A DNA stretch of 64,000 nucleotides from the NCBI GenBank assembly GCA_965226245.1, contig CBDDCL010000009.1, forward strand, positions 9,624 to 73,623, given 5' to 3'. Positions 20,522 through 30,986 of this stretch are shown here, piece after piece (within the stretch, counting starts at the first letter, position 1; each line of letters starts with the position of its first letter). Under the pieces are notes generated by a model, which saw only the letters and a list, made by a program, of their open reading frames with translations, searched no databases and was not told where the DNA came from. The position numbers and the translations under genes were made by a program. Source of the DNA: Bryobacterales bacterium (GTDB lineage Bacteria > Acidobacteriota > Terriglobia > Bryobacterales > UBA6623).

Positions 20522-20552
20522 GGGGTGCTGACAACCAAGAGAGGGAGAAACC

Positions 20553-20747
20553 GTGATTCAAAAAAAGGAAGAGAACGGCGAGAAGTACGTCACGGCCACA
20601 ACCGAGGCTGAATTTCACGCTGCGTTGAACCGGGGGTTCGCGGTTGAGGTGACGCCGGAGCTCGCGGATGAAATCGGAGTACCGATGAATGAGGACGTGG
20701 GCACCGTGGCGGAGATCGACCAGGCGCGTTACGACCGTCACGACTAG
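20553..20747 (+). CDS. Small hypothetical protein
   Basis: GTG start after GGGAG RBS, in operon with ardC. Confidence 0.6.
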   Translation: MIQKKEENGEKYVTATTEAEFHAALNRGFAVEVTPELADEIGVPMNEDVGTVAEIDQARYDRHD

Positions 20748-20762
20748 GAATGGAGGCGCCCG

Positions 20763-21851
20763 ATGACTAAGAAATCCTTTTGGCGGCGCGGGGAAGACTA
20801 CGCGCAGAAAGTCTCCAGCGAAATCATTGACCAGATCAAGGCCGGAGTTGCGCCGTGGCAGAAGCCGTGGAAGCCGGGAGAACAGATCAGCGCCGAAAAC
20901 TTCTCAACCGGCCAGAAGTACAGCGGCGGCAACAGCCTTTACCTGATGAGCCGCGCGATCCGCGACGGACGGGGAGACAACCGTTGGGGAACCTACAACC
21001 AGATTCGGGAAGCGGGCGGGCAGGTCCGCAAGGGCGAGAAAGGGACGCAGGTTCTATTCTTCACGGATCGCAACAGCAGGGTTGCGAAGGACGAGAAAGG
21101 GCAGACGATGAAGAACAAGGAAGGCAAGACGATCTACGAAGAACAAAAGCGCGAGACGCCCATCTGTAAGCAGTACACGGTTTTTAACGTGGAGCAAGCC
21201 GAGGGCTTGGAATTGAAACCGCGAGAAGGCCAAGTACGGCCCGAATGGGACGCTCATCGAGACGCCGAGAAAGTGATCGCGGCCAGCGGGCCGACCGTCG
21301 AGCACGTCGCCGGAGATCGCGCCTACTATCGCATGGCCGAGGACAAGGTAGTGCTCCCGGAGCCGTCCCAATTCCCCACCCGCAACGGCTACTACCAGAC
21401 GGCGCTTCACGAGTGCGGCCATGCAACCGGCCACCCGGATCGCATGAACCGCGAAACGCTCAAAGAGGGATTAGCCAACGGCTTTGGATCGCCGGAATAC
21501 GCCCGCGAAGAATTGCGGGCCGAGATCAGCGCCATGATGACCGGGGAGCGCGTGGGCGTGGGACATGACCCGCAGCGCGGCGCGGCCTATGTCGAGAACT
21601 GGGTGAAGGTGCTTGAAAAAGACCCGCATGAGATTCATAGAGCGGCGCGAGACGCGCAGAAGATGACCGATCACCTCATGGATCGCGCCATCGACCGCGA
21701 GGTTGCCAAGCCGAGCAAGGAAAAGACGCGGGCCGAGTTGACCCAGGAATACTCTCATGCTCGCGGGCCGCGGATCAGCCAGACGCCAAAACAATCGCCG
21801 GAAAAACAACCCGCTCAAGCCCAACAGCACGACGCAGGGCCGAGCCGTTAA
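20763..21851 (+). CDS. ardC: ArdC-like antirestriction/ssDNA-binding protein with zincin domain
   Basis: APWQKPW, Y.G.N, W.TY.Q, VRKGEKGT, VFNVEQ, HECGHATG, YAREELRAE. Confidence 0.9.
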   Translation: MTKKSFWRRGEDYAQKVSSEIIDQIKAGVAPWQKPWKPGEQISAENFSTGQKYSGGNSLYLMSRAIRDGRGDNRWGTYNQIREAGGQVRKGEKGTQVLFFTDRNSRVAKDEKGQTMKNKEGKTIYEEQKRETPICKQYTVFNVEQAEGLELKPREGQVRPEWDAHRDAEKVIAASGPTVEHVAGDRAYYRMAEDKVVLPEPSQFPTRNGYYQTALHECGHATGHPDRMNRETLKEGLANGFGSPEYAREELRAEISAMMTGERVGVGHDPQRGAAYVENWVKVLEKDPHEIHRAARDAQKMTDHLMDRAIDREVAKPSKEKTRAELTQEYSHARGPRISQTPKQSPEKQPAQAQQHDAGPSR

Positions 21852-21860
21852 GGAGCCACC

Positions 21861-22754
21861 GTGTTTGATCCGCGAGACTTTACCAGCGATCCCCGGACCC
21901 GGCCCGAAGCTCGCCCCAGGCGCGACCACGCGAAAGAGCGCGAGGACCGCGAGCGCGACGGCCACCGGCGCGAATACGATCCCCGCGGGACGAAGCGGCA
22001 GAGCTTCCAGGACCGCACGGATCGAGCGATAGCCGATGTGGGAATGTATCGCAACGTCGCCTACCGCGACCTGGCGGATGCTCACTTTGAGGGACACCCC
22101 TACGCGGCGCGGCGGGCCGTCGATCAGATGGTCCGGGCCGGTCACGTCCGGGAGCATAACGCCGAGGGACCGCAAGGCGGCAGCTACAAAGTGCTGACGC
22201 TCACCGAGCGCGGAGTGGAGCGGGCGGAGCGCGTAGCCCGCGACCAGGGGCTTGATTCCCAACAGAAGGCATGGAGCGGGCTTGTGAAGCCCGGCGAGCT
22301 TCAACATGACGTGGCTGTATTTCGCGCCGCGAGGATCGAGCAGATGAAGCTACTCGAACAAGGAGCCACTATCAAGCGCGTTCGGATTGACGCCGAACTC
22401 AAGCGCGAGGTCGCCAGCGCTACGGAAAGCGCGAGGGCGCGAGGCGGAAAGGAAGCGGCGGACGCCGCCCGCTTGGAAGCGGCGGACGCTCTAGGTCTCG
22501 CCGTCAAAGATTCTCGCGTGGAGTACCCCGACGCGCAGCTTGAATATCTGGATGTTGAAGGCCGCAGCGGGCGCGTCAATGTCGAGGTTGCGACCGAGCA
22601 TTACAGCGCCAAAAGTATCGCCGCGAAAGCCGCAGCCGGGTTTGCCATGCATGGCAGCAACGGGCGGGCGGCGGCGCGGATCGCCCGATCCCTCGGCCAA
22701 GACGAGGGCGGCGGCGGCGGCGGCTCACGAGATAAAGGGTCCATCGAACTCTAA
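21861..22754 (+). CDS. Winged-helix + PD-(D/E)xK-like protein; candidate Replic_Relax/MOBC-type relaxase
   Basis: LTLTERG, LQHDVAVF, YPDAQLEY..VNVEV....Y....I.AK. Confidence 0.55.
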   Translation: MFDPRDFTSDPRTRPEARPRRDHAKEREDRERDGHRREYDPRGTKRQSFQDRTDRAIADVGMYRNVAYRDLADAHFEGHPYAARRAVDQMVRAGHVREHNAEGPQGGSYKVLTLTERGVERAERVARDQGLDSQQKAWSGLVKPGELQHDVAVFRAARIEQMKLLEQGATIKRVRIDAELKREVASATESARARGGKEAADAARLEAADALGLAVKDSRVEYPDAQLEYLDVEGRSGRVNVEVATEHYSAKSIAAKAAAGFAMHGSNGRAAARIARSLGQDEGGGGGGSRDKGSIEL

Positions 22755-22769
22755 ACAGGAGATTCGCAA

Positions 22770-23114
22770 ATGCAGCCGTGGAAAATCAGTGTTGGCTTCA
22801 CGGTCATCATAATTGCCATCGCGGGAATGATTGGCGGAGAGCACTTCGCTTTTGTCGAACCTTATTTCCAAATCCTCGCCGTCGATTATGGGATGAGCCT
22901 AGCGTGGTATGGCGGAGCCGCCATCGTTTCCGTTATGGCTGTTATCTACGGTTCCGCCCGCGCTTTCGGCTTGGCGGACCTCGGCCTCAAGGTCGATCTG
23001 ATGGAGCGCTCTATTCGGCGCGGCGGCGGGAAGGGACACACCGAGCTTGCCGACAAGTTAGGACAAGAGGACCGGGGACAATTCCCCGGAGTAAGGACAA
23101 GGAGAGAGACATGA
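22770..23114 (+). CDS. Small two-TM protein at start of tra operon
   Basis: AGGAG RBS, two hydrophobic helices, stop overlaps virB2 start. Confidence 0.65.
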   Translation: MQPWKISVGFTVIIIAIAGMIGGEHFAFVEPYFQILAVDYGMSLAWYGGAAIVSVMAVIYGSARAFGLADLGLKVDLMERSIRRGGGKGHTELADKLGQEDRGQFPGVRTRRET

Positions 23115-23455
23115 AAAACAGACATTTGACCACTATATCTAGTGGTCGTTCAGCTGACAGAGGTACTACATATTGTAGGCGACACGGCGGGCGCGTCGTT
23201 CTTTTACTGAGCATCTTCGCGCTTTCAGCGGGAGACCTCATGGCGCAAGGCACGAGTCCATGGCTCGAAGCCATCACCGTGCTTCAGGACGCTTTCACCG
23301 GACCCATTGCGCGAGGACTGAGCTTGATTGCCGTTGTCGTGGGCGGGCTGATGTTTGCCTTCGGGGAAGGCGGCAGCAAGAAAGCCTTGGCCGGAATCAT
23401 CTTCGGCCTGGGAATGGCTATGGGCGCGGCCAACTTTCTTGATTGGCTCTTCTGA
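23111..23455 (+). CDS. virB2: VirB2/TrbC pilin
   Basis: SPW..A...L...FTGPIARGLSLIAVVVGGLMFAFGEG. Confidence 0.9.
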   Translation: MKNRHLTTISSGRSADRGTTYCRRHGGRVVLLLSIFALSAGDLMAQGTSPWLEAITVLQDAFTGPIARGLSLIAVVVGGLMFAFGEGGSKKALAGIIFGLGMAMGAANFLDWLF

Positions 23456-23751
23456 TGGAGCGCGGGAGAATATGGCGCGGATACCCGACGCTTTCCAAAC
23501 CGCTCACCATCATGGGCGTCGAGCGCCGTTGGTTCCTGTTGAGCGCTACGTTGGGAATGGCGCTTTGGAACGCCATCAACTCCCTTATGGCGGGCGCGTT
23601 TAGCTTTGGGGTGCTCTATGCAATCGGGTTTTGGGCTTGGAAGCAAGACCCCAACATGCTTGAAATCTTGCGGGCGTCCGCGCAGTTTCGCGCCCGCTAC
23701 GATCCCGGCAAGTGGGCGAAGGCACCTTGGACCCTTCTCATTCGGAGATAG
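23455..23751 (+). CDS. virB3: VirB3/TrbD
   Basis: L.KPLTIMGVERR, KQDP, YDPGK; lies between virB2 and virB4. Confidence 0.85.
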   Translation: MERGRIWRGYPTLSKPLTIMGVERRWFLLSATLGMALWNAINSLMAGAFSFGVLYAIGFWAWKQDPNMLEILRASAQFRARYDPGKWAKAPWTLLIRR

Positions 23752-23754
23752 CGC

Positions 23755-26178
23755 GTGAATATCAACAACGAACTTGCGGACTACGAAGCGGCGGGAGCGC
23801 TGGCTGACGAACTGCCATGGTGGGGCTGGCTCGAAGATGGCCGGTCCTGCTTGACGCGGGCCGGAGAGCTTATGTCGATCGCACGGCTCACGCCTAGCGT
23901 TCTGGACGGTCAGACACCCGAACAACTAGACCGTGTAGTGGACCGCTGGCAGCGCATGTTGAGCGGAGTCGATTCGCGGACCCGGCTGTACTTCTATTTA
24001 CTTCGCCGTCCAATCCAATTCGAGGACCACGACGAGGACAAGGGATCGAGCGTTGCCGCCCTTGGACGGCGCAAGCGGCGAGCGTTCCTTGAGAAACGAG
24101 TACAGAGCGTTAGCGCCTATGTCGCATGGGCGCATGATCCGGGCCTATCCGCCGTGACCACTCAAAAGACAGGCGGGCCGTGGTGGATGAGCTACGCGAA
24201 AAACTGGATGGCGCGGCGGCGCAATCAACATGAATCGGTTTATCTTGAATCCTCTATCCAAGAGGCGGCGGGGAGCTTCCGGCAACTGGTCGAAGCAAGC
24301 CGAGCGCTGGTCGATGACCTCACAGCGGTACGAGTGCTTGACGCGGCGCAAGGATCGCTCGTCTTGAACGAACTCATCAACCGGCCCGGTTCCTTTTGGG
24401 ACGGCGCGACCGGCAGCGGAATGAATTGGAGGCTGGCCGTCTCCGAACTCGAAGCGGAGCGGCGCAATCTTCGCCTAGACGGGGAGCCAGTGATTCTCTA
24501 CTCGCTTCTCTCGCCACCCGGAGCGGCCAAGGCGAATCTTCTACAGGCGCTTTACCGGCTCGATGCAACCATGACGGTCACTCTCGAATGGCGTCCGCAA
24601 AACCTCGATGCGGCCCGCCGTAAAATCCGGGGAGCGCAGCGCCATTACTTCTCGAAGCGCTACTCAATGTCCGCCGCTGTTCAAGAAACGGAAGGCACCG
24701 CGACGGCAATGGTGGACACGGCGGCGGAGGCGGAATCGGAGCGCCTAGGCGATGCCCTGGTCGAGTTGGAGACGGACGGAATCGCCTACGGCGATCTTGC
24801 CTTGACGGTGGCGCTCCATGGGCCGCTATCGCTCACCGAGAGCCTAGACGGAGATATCCGGCGCATCTTCACCAGCCACGACGCCAAGGTGATACGCGAG
24901 GGTTACGGGCAGCTTCCGGCGTGGTTTTCGCGGATGCCCGCGCAACCGCGACGGCGGCAATGCCGATCCGTGTTTTTATCGGCGGGCGCGGTTGCTTCCA
25001 TGGCTCCGATCTTCGGTCCTCCGGTGGGAACACCGCGCAGCGGTCACTTGAAGAAAGCGGCCCTGGCCGTGCTTGAAACCCAATGGAGAACCCCCTACTA
25101 CTACGATCTGTTCAAAGGAGACGTGGGACATACGCTGGTGCTTGGCGCGACCGGCGCGGGCAAATCCTTCACGCTCAACTTCCTTCTAGTTCAAGCGCTC
25201 CAATACGATCCGCGTATCCTCATTCTCGATCTAGGCGGCTCCTACCGCTGGCTGACCCAGTTTCTAGGCGGAGGCTACATGGAGCTATCGCCGGAAGGTG
25301 ACGCGGGCGGCGGCTTCCGTTTGCGGCCCTTCTCCCTTCCAGCGGGGGAGCGCACCTTTGGATTCCTTGCCGGGTGGATTGCGCGGCTGTTGCGAATCGG
25401 CGGCTGGAAACTCGGCGGGGAAGACCCTAGCGAGATTCGCGCCCGCGTCGAAGATATCTATGCCTTCGCACCCGCACGGCGGACCCTTGGAGTGCTGGTC
25501 CGTTCGCTTCCCTCAAAGATGTGGCCCGCTATGGGGCGCTGGCATGGCAACGGCGCATGGGGTCGATACTTCGATAACGCGGCGGACGGCGAAGACCTCA
25601 ACTTCGAGGACTGGCAAGTAATCGACATGGCGGGCGCGGCGGAGCATGAGGACTTGTGCGAAGCGGCGCTGTTCTACCTTCTGGAACGGTTGCGGCTGTC
25701 TTTGGAGAACCCCGACGAGACGGCCAGAGTAAAGCTAATGGTGGTCGATGAAGCGTGGCGCTACTTGCAAGACCCGGCGGTACTTTCCTATCTTGCCGAA
25801 GCCGCGAAGACATGGCGCAAGAAGAACGCGGCGCTCGTTATCGCCACACAAAGCGCCGTGGACGTGACCGGAACCGCGGGGGCGGAAGCCCTGCTTGAAT
25901 CCATGCCGACCAAGCTGTTTCTAGCCAACCCGGAGTTGCCGGACAAAGCCGCCGAAACCTTCCGGCTCAACCCTTCCGAAGTCAATACCATTCGAGGCTT
26001 GATCCCCAAGCGCGAGCTTTATCTACGCCGCACCGACGCGGCGGGTATCTTGCGGCTCGAAGTCGATCCGGCGAGCTACTGGCTTTACACCTCGTCGCCC
26101 GTCGATGCTCACAAGCGGGCCGAAGCAGTCCGCAAATACGGCCTCGTTGAGGCCATTGAACACTTATCTAGGAGGTAG
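23755..26178 (+). CDS. virB4: VirB4 ATPase
   Basis: VGHTLVLGATGAGKS, VVDEAW, KTWRKKN, ATQS. Confidence 0.95.
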   Translation: MNINNELADYEAAGALADELPWWGWLEDGRSCLTRAGELMSIARLTPSVLDGQTPEQLDRVVDRWQRMLSGVDSRTRLYFYLLRRPIQFEDHDEDKGSSVAALGRRKRRAFLEKRVQSVSAYVAWAHDPGLSAVTTQKTGGPWWMSYAKNWMARRRNQHESVYLESSIQEAAGSFRQLVEASRALVDDLTAVRVLDAAQGSLVLNELINRPGSFWDGATGSGMNWRLAVSELEAERRNLRLDGEPVILYSLLSPPGAAKANLLQALYRLDATMTVTLEWRPQNLDAARRKIRGAQRHYFSKRYSMSAAVQETEGTATAMVDTAAEAESERLGDALVELETDGIAYGDLALTVALHGPLSLTESLDGDIRRIFTSHDAKVIREGYGQLPAWFSRMPAQPRRRQCRSVFLSAGAVASMAPIFGPPVGTPRSGHLKKAALAVLETQWRTPYYYDLFKGDVGHTLVLGATGAGKSFTLNFLLVQALQYDPRILILDLGGSYRWLTQFLGGGYMELSPEGDAGGGFRLRPFSLPAGERTFGFLAGWIARLLRIGGWKLGGEDPSEIRARVEDIYAFAPARRTLGVLVRSLPSKMWPAMGRWHGNGAWGRYFDNAADGEDLNFEDWQVIDMAGAAEHEDLCEAALFYLLERLRLSLENPDETARVKLMVVDEAWRYLQDPAVLSYLAEAAKTWRKKNAALVIATQSAVDVTGTAGAEALLESMPTKLFLANPELPDKAAETFRLNPSEVNTIRGLIPKRELYLRRTDAAGILRLEVDPASYWLYTSSPVDAHKRAEAVRKYGLVEAIEHLSRR

Positions 26179-26181
26179 CTC

Positions 26182-27060
26182 ATGTTGAAAATCCTTACAC
26201 TCGTTACGGCGGCGCTCGTGGCGCTCACTATTCCGCTGGACGCTCAGGAGAGCGGGCCGCAGCGAGAAATCATCGAAGCCGAGGCGGACGGCGCGGTAAT
26301 TCACCGCGTCGGCGGGCAAGATAAGATTGTCAGAATCCGCGCCAAGACCCGCCACACTACCGTTATCGTGCTTCCCGCCACGGAAAACGTGCTGGATTTT
26401 GTGGTCGGAGATTCCGAATACTGGCACCTAACCGGAGCCGCGAATCTCGCGTTCCTCAAGCCCATTGCCGAGGGCGTCACTACCAACGTGGCGCTCGTTT
26501 GCGAGTCCGGGCGCATCTACTCATTCCTTGTCACCGAGCAAAGCAAGGGCCAGCCGCATCTTGTCGTCCGCATCGACCAAGAGGCCGAGGCAGACCCGCG
26601 AATCTCGCCGGGTAAACATGAACCGGCTTTTGTCGCTCGCGGGCGGGTTGTCGCCTATCAGCAAATGGCGGAGACGGCCATCGAGAGGGCTAGAGCAGCG
26701 CAGATCGAAGCAGACAGCCGCATTGCGGACGCGACGGCGCTTGCGGCGGGCGAGAGTGAATCGTTCCAAGCGGAGTATCCTACGCGGCTCAAGTTCCCTT
26801 ACCGGCTCGATGACAAGGCTATCAAGTGGCCGTTTTTAGTCGAGGGAATGTGGCACGACGGGAAATTTACCTACCTTCGCTCCAACGCCCAAGAGTCGCC
26901 CGCGCTGTACGAACACAAGGACGGGAAACCTTCACTCGTGGCCTACGATCTTGGCGAGGACGGGCTGTATATCGCCCGTCACGTTTTAGGTGACGGCTGG
27001 TTGCAAATCGGTAAAGAGAAAGCACGGTGGCGCTTCACCGTGCCGGAGATCGCGCCGTGA
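26182..27060 (+). CDS. virB9: VirB9/TrbG
   Basis: Signal peptide, VVGD.EYW, FLKP, TN......SGRIYSF, HDGKFTY, E.PALYE. Confidence 0.88.
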   Translation: MLKILTLVTAALVALTIPLDAQESGPQREIIEAEADGAVIHRVGGQDKIVRIRAKTRHTTVIVLPATENVLDFVVGDSEYWHLTGAANLAFLKPIAEGVTTNVALVCESGRIYSFLVTEQSKGQPHLVVRIDQEAEADPRISPGKHEPAFVARGRVVAYQQMAETAIERARAAQIEADSRIADATALAAGESESFQAEYPTRLKFPYRLDDKAIKWPFLVEGMWHDGKFTYLRSNAQESPALYEHKDGKPSLVAYDLGEDGLYIARHVLGDGWLQIGKEKARWRFTVPEIAP

Positions 27061-28406
27061 TCGAGTGGAAACGGCTCTACACGAAACCGGCAGGATCGCT
27101 ACCCGGTGGCGTCATCACTCAATGGGGTGTGGGAGTTCTCACTGTTGGGGTGTTGATGTTTCTCACCTACTGGATTTTGACGAACGGAGAGCTAGAGCAG
27201 CTTGCCGAAATAACCGAGCAGACCGCGACCGCGCCACGCAGCTATACCGATCAGATGGCATCGCGGGTGGATGAAGAAACCATGAGGGCCGACACCAAGC
27301 GGGCGGCGGCGGATCGAGACTTACTGACGCGACAACAACAGCAAGCCAATACCGCAGGAGTGCGGGCGGGCCAAGTCACCGCCCAAGAAGCCGCCGTACT
27401 TGCCGGGCCGAGTCCCGACACCGGGCAACCCTACACCGAGCAAGAATGGGATCTTCGGGAGCGCTTGCGCCTGGAAGCCGTCGAGCGGCGGAGCCGTTCA
27501 CTTCGCAGTTCACCTGTTGCACAGACCTACCGCAAACTGGACGGCGGCGGCGGGAGCGTGGCGGAGCGCACCGTGAACGATCCTATTGCAACCGCCAAAG
27601 CCGAAGGCGCGGCGGCGCTGCAAACGGCGCTGAGCACCATTGGAACCGTTACTAGCGGCCTCGAAGATCAGATTGCGGCGGAGGCGCAGGCGGATCAAGA
27701 CTTCATCGCGGCGCTTCGCGGTACGCCCGCCACGCCGGAAGACAGCCCGCTTATTGCCGCCGCGACTTCCGGCAGCTCCACGGCGCAAGACTACTCGGCT
27801 CCGGCGCGAGTCGAGACAGCCAAAGACCCGCCCGGTTGGGAGCGCATCTATGAAGGCTCATTTTTAGAAGCGGCGCTGGTAACACAGCTTTCCGGCGACT
27901 TTCCCGGCCCGGTGCTGGCCGTGGTTGCCTTGCCCTTCTACTCGGCAGACCGGCTACACGTCTTGATTCCGCGAGGGGCGCGGGTTATCGGTACGGCTCA
28001 GGCCGTGGGGAACCAAGATCAAACACGGCTGGCCGTAGGGTTTCACCGCTTGATCTTCCCTGATGGTCGTTGGGTTTCACTCCAATTTCGCGGCCTCAAT
28101 CAGCTTGGCGAGGGAGCCTTGAAGGATCAAGTGAACCGCCACTACTTTTCGATGTTCGCCGCAGTCGGAGCGGTAGGCGTCCTCAGCGGCCTCACGGCGG
28201 CGGGCGGCAATCCCTACGAAGGCGGAGGGGCGGGCATGAGGTCCGGGGCAGGGCAAGGACTCGGCCAAGCCGCTACGCGCATCCTAGATCGTTTCTTGAA
28301 TCGTATGCCCACAATCACAATTCGGGCTGGACACCGGCTCCGCGTTTGGCTCACGTCAGACGTGCTGGTACCCCGGCCCACGAAGACCAAAGGAGAGAGA
28401 AAATGA
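27057..28406 (+). CDS. virB10: VirB10/TrbI
   Basis: TM anchor; EG..LEA.L, GPV, LIP.G, RLIFPDG, D.VNRHY, PTITIRAG. Confidence 0.92.
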   Translation: MIEWKRLYTKPAGSLPGGVITQWGVGVLTVGVLMFLTYWILTNGELEQLAEITEQTATAPRSYTDQMASRVDEETMRADTKRAAADRDLLTRQQQQANTAGVRAGQVTAQEAAVLAGPSPDTGQPYTEQEWDLRERLRLEAVERRSRSLRSSPVAQTYRKLDGGGGSVAERTVNDPIATAKAEGAAALQTALSTIGTVTSGLEDQIAAEAQADQDFIAALRGTPATPEDSPLIAAATSGSSTAQDYSAPARVETAKDPPGWERIYEGSFLEAALVTQLSGDFPGPVLAVVALPFYSADRLHVLIPRGARVIGTAQAVGNQDQTRLAVGFHRLIFPDGRWVSLQFRGLNQLGEGALKDQVNRHYFSMFAAVGAVGVLSGLTAAGGNPYEGGGAGMRSGAGQGLGQAATRILDRFLNRMPTITIRAGHRLRVWLTSDVLVPRPTKTKGERK

Positions 28407-29299
28407 AACACCGAATCTTGACCGCAGTAGTTGTTATCCCACTGTTTATCACCCTGAGCACGACGCCCGCCTATGCCATCCTTGGCTCGATCCTAGCGGG
28501 TATCCAGCGGGCGCAAATGATTATCAATCAGGGCGTCCAAATCTACAACGACACCATGGAGAAGATCACGTTTGACGGGCAGTTGACCGAGATGATAGAT
28601 CAGGCGTCCCACCTGAAACAGCAAGCGCTTGGAACCGTGGGAGCGCTCACCGATCCCTTCACCACATTGGCATCCGCACCGACGCAGTTTATCGGACTCG
28701 GCTTGAGTTGGAAGAATGACTTTACCGGCATCGCCCAGGGCATTGCGTCCAACGTCGCGGACATGGGCGAGAGCGGCAAGAGCTTCCGCGAATCGTGGAA
28801 AGACCGGCTCACCGCCGCCGATACCGTGTCCGAGACGGACATTCTCAATCTGTTCCAGAACAGCAGCCCGGAGATCGCGGAGCGGGCTTCGCGTGGTTTT
28901 CTCACGGCGCGGGAGGAAGGCGACAAGCGCCTAGTGCTCGGTCACACGATGAGCGACACGGCCTCAAATCTCATGGTCGCGGCGAAGGACGCCGTAAAGT
29001 CGTACAAGGGCTTGCAGGACAACACCAACGTATCCAACACCGCACTAGCCCAATCGCAAATCGCCGGAACGGTGACGCAAGGCAACCTCACCGCTGCCAT
29101 GGCTCAGTTGATGGCATATTACGCGGCGAAGGACGCGGCGGAGACTTACGAAGCCGAGATCAACAGGCGCGCAGCACTGTCTAACCGGGTTGCCCGGAAC
29201 CAGCAAGCCGAGATCGTCTACGACGCGCATATCGCCGGGATCGTAGCTCAACGCCAAGCAGTCCGAGAAGGGATGCTCTTTCCTCTTCCCGGTCAATAA
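28403..29299 (+). CDS. Secreted helical protein, probable VirB5/TrbJ equivalent
   Basis: Signal peptide (PAYA), Gln/Ala-rich helices, position before virB6. Confidence 0.6.
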   Translation: MKHRILTAVVVIPLFITLSTTPAYAILGSILAGIQRAQMIINQGVQIYNDTMEKITFDGQLTEMIDQASHLKQQALGTVGALTDPFTTLASAPTQFIGLGLSWKNDFTGIAQGIASNVADMGESGKSFRESWKDRLTAADTVSETDILNLFQNSSPEIAERASRGFLTAREEGDKRLVLGHTMSDTASNLMVAAKDAVKSYKGLQDNTNVSNTALAQSQIAGTVTQGNLTAAMAQLMAYYAAKDAAETYEAEINRRAALSNRVARNQQAEIVYDAHIAGIVAQRQAVREGMLFPLPGQ

Positions 29300-29313
29300 T
29301 CCGGTGGTAGTTA

Positions 29314-30315
29314 ATGCAAATCCAACTCGATCCCGGCATCCCGACCAATCTCTCCGAAGAAGAACTGAGGAACTTCAAATCGTTCCTCGATATCGCCCTA
29401 GAATCACTCACGGCCTCGGCGGGCGCGGAGATATTCACCTTGGGAAATCAACTGCTCGGCGCTCTTGCCCTCATCGTCTTGGTTATGAGTGGATTGAAGA
29501 TCGCCTTTGGCGGCGGGTTCCAGCCGTGGGAAGTCATTCGCGTCATCATTGGCATTTGGATTCCATGGGTGATGTTGCAGTTCTACACGACCAACATTCC
29601 GGGCATGGTCCACGACTTCCCACACATGATCGCGGCGGGCGGCAACTGGCTTAACTTGCTACTCGTTGACGACTCTGTTTCCTCGGTTCAAGAAGAACTC
29701 ACCAACCTGTTTATGGAGCTTTCCAAGAATCAAGAAGCGGCGGTGGACTCAGGGGATATCATCGACATTTTGACCTCCGGCTTTCAAGCCGCGATGACGA
29801 CGGTTACAGGGTTTTTCATTGTCATCTTCATGGCGCTGATGATGCTCGTGCTCTCCGCTGTTGTCTACGCTCAAGTGATCTGGGCGCAGATCGCCCTTGC
29901 CATCCTCATCATTCTGGGTCCGGTCTTCATTCCGTTTCTCGTCTTCGATCCGCTGTCATTCCTGTTCTGGGGCTGGTTCCGGGCGATGATTACCTATTCG
30001 CTCTACGCCGTGATTGCCGGAGCCGTGTTGCGCGTATTCTCCGCCGTGGGAATCGCTTTCGTCACAAGCATGGGTAGTGCCGATCTCGATATCAATAGCC
30101 TCATGGACGTGGGTTTGTGGCTGCTCGCGGTCGTGCCTTTCTTTACCGCCGGAATACTGGCAAGCCTCAAGTGCGGGGAACTCGCTTCGATGCTCGTCAC
30201 CGGAGGCGGAGCGGGCGGGAGCGGACTCATGGGTATGGTGAGCACAGCGAGCATGGCGGTAGCCAGCGGAGGCACAGCGGCGGCGGCCAAGGCGGGCGCG
30301 GGAGGCGTCAAATGA
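29314..30315 (+). CDS. virB6: VirB6/TrbL
   Basis: Polytopic membrane protein, LGPVFIPF....PL.FLFWGW, Gly/Ala-rich tail. Confidence 0.9.
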   Translation: MQIQLDPGIPTNLSEEELRNFKSFLDIALESLTASAGAEIFTLGNQLLGALALIVLVMSGLKIAFGGGFQPWEVIRVIIGIWIPWVMLQFYTTNIPGMVHDFPHMIAAGGNWLNLLLVDDSVSSVQEELTNLFMELSKNQEAAVDSGDIIDILTSGFQAAMTTVTGFFIVIFMALMMLVLSAVVYAQVIWAQIALAILIILGPVFIPFLVFDPLSFLFWGWFRAMITYSLYAVIAGAVLRVFSAVGIAFVTSMGSADLDINSLMDVGLWLLAVVPFFTAGILASLKCGELASMLVTGGGAGGSGLMGMVSTASMAVASGGTAAAAKAGAGGVK

Positions 30316-30986
30316 AGAAGAAGCCCGAAATCAAAGACGCCGGAGCCGAGTACGCCGAGATATGGGGCGAGGCAATCCACAGCAACCGTCATCTACGGAT
30401 GACCTCCGCTGGACTCGCTATCGCAGTGCTGTTGCTCATCGTCGTTGTGTTCCGCATTGTCTCGGTCGAACCGCCGCGCCCCATCGTTGTGAGGGTTGAT
30501 GAAGTGGGACGGGCCGAGGCCGTGTCCTACGAAGCGATGGAGGCCCAGGCGGACCCGCTGGACCCCACCACCAAATATTTCCTCAACCGCTTTATCTATG
30601 ACTTCTACTCGCGGCGGCGGGCCACCGTTGCGGAGAACTGGTCTCGCAGCTTGCGGTTCCTCAGCACCGAACTTGCCAATGCCTCGTTCCGCGCCGAGAG
30701 TCAAAATGTCGCCCTTCTCGCGGCGGGCGGAGCGCGTGATGAATTGCAAGTCTCCCGCGTCATCTTGAGGATTCAACCCAACCCTCAGCAGCCGCACAGC
30801 GCCACGGCCGATTTTGACCTCGTGCGAATGGAGATGGCAAGAGAAGTGAGTCGGGAGCGCTGGACGCTCTCGCTTCAATTCCTATTCCTCGAAGAAATCC
30901 CCCCGGACTTGATCGTGTCCAACCCCATGGGAATCATCATCAACTACTTGCAAGGCGACCGCGCCACCGTCACCGGAGATCAATAG
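30312..30986 (+). CDS. virB8: VirB8/TrbF
   Basis: One TM, VVRVDEVG, YFL..F, NP.G..I motif. Confidence 0.88.
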   Translation: MKKKPEIKDAGAEYAEIWGEAIHSNRHLRMTSAGLAIAVLLLIVVVFRIVSVEPPRPIVVRVDEVGRAEAVSYEAMEAQADPLDPTTKYFLNRFIYDFYSRRRATVAENWSRSLRFLSTELANASFRAESQNVALLAAGGARDELQVSRVILRIQPNPQQPHSATADFDLVRMEMAREVSRERWTLSLQFLFLEEIPPDLIVSNPMGIIINYLQGDRATVTGDQ

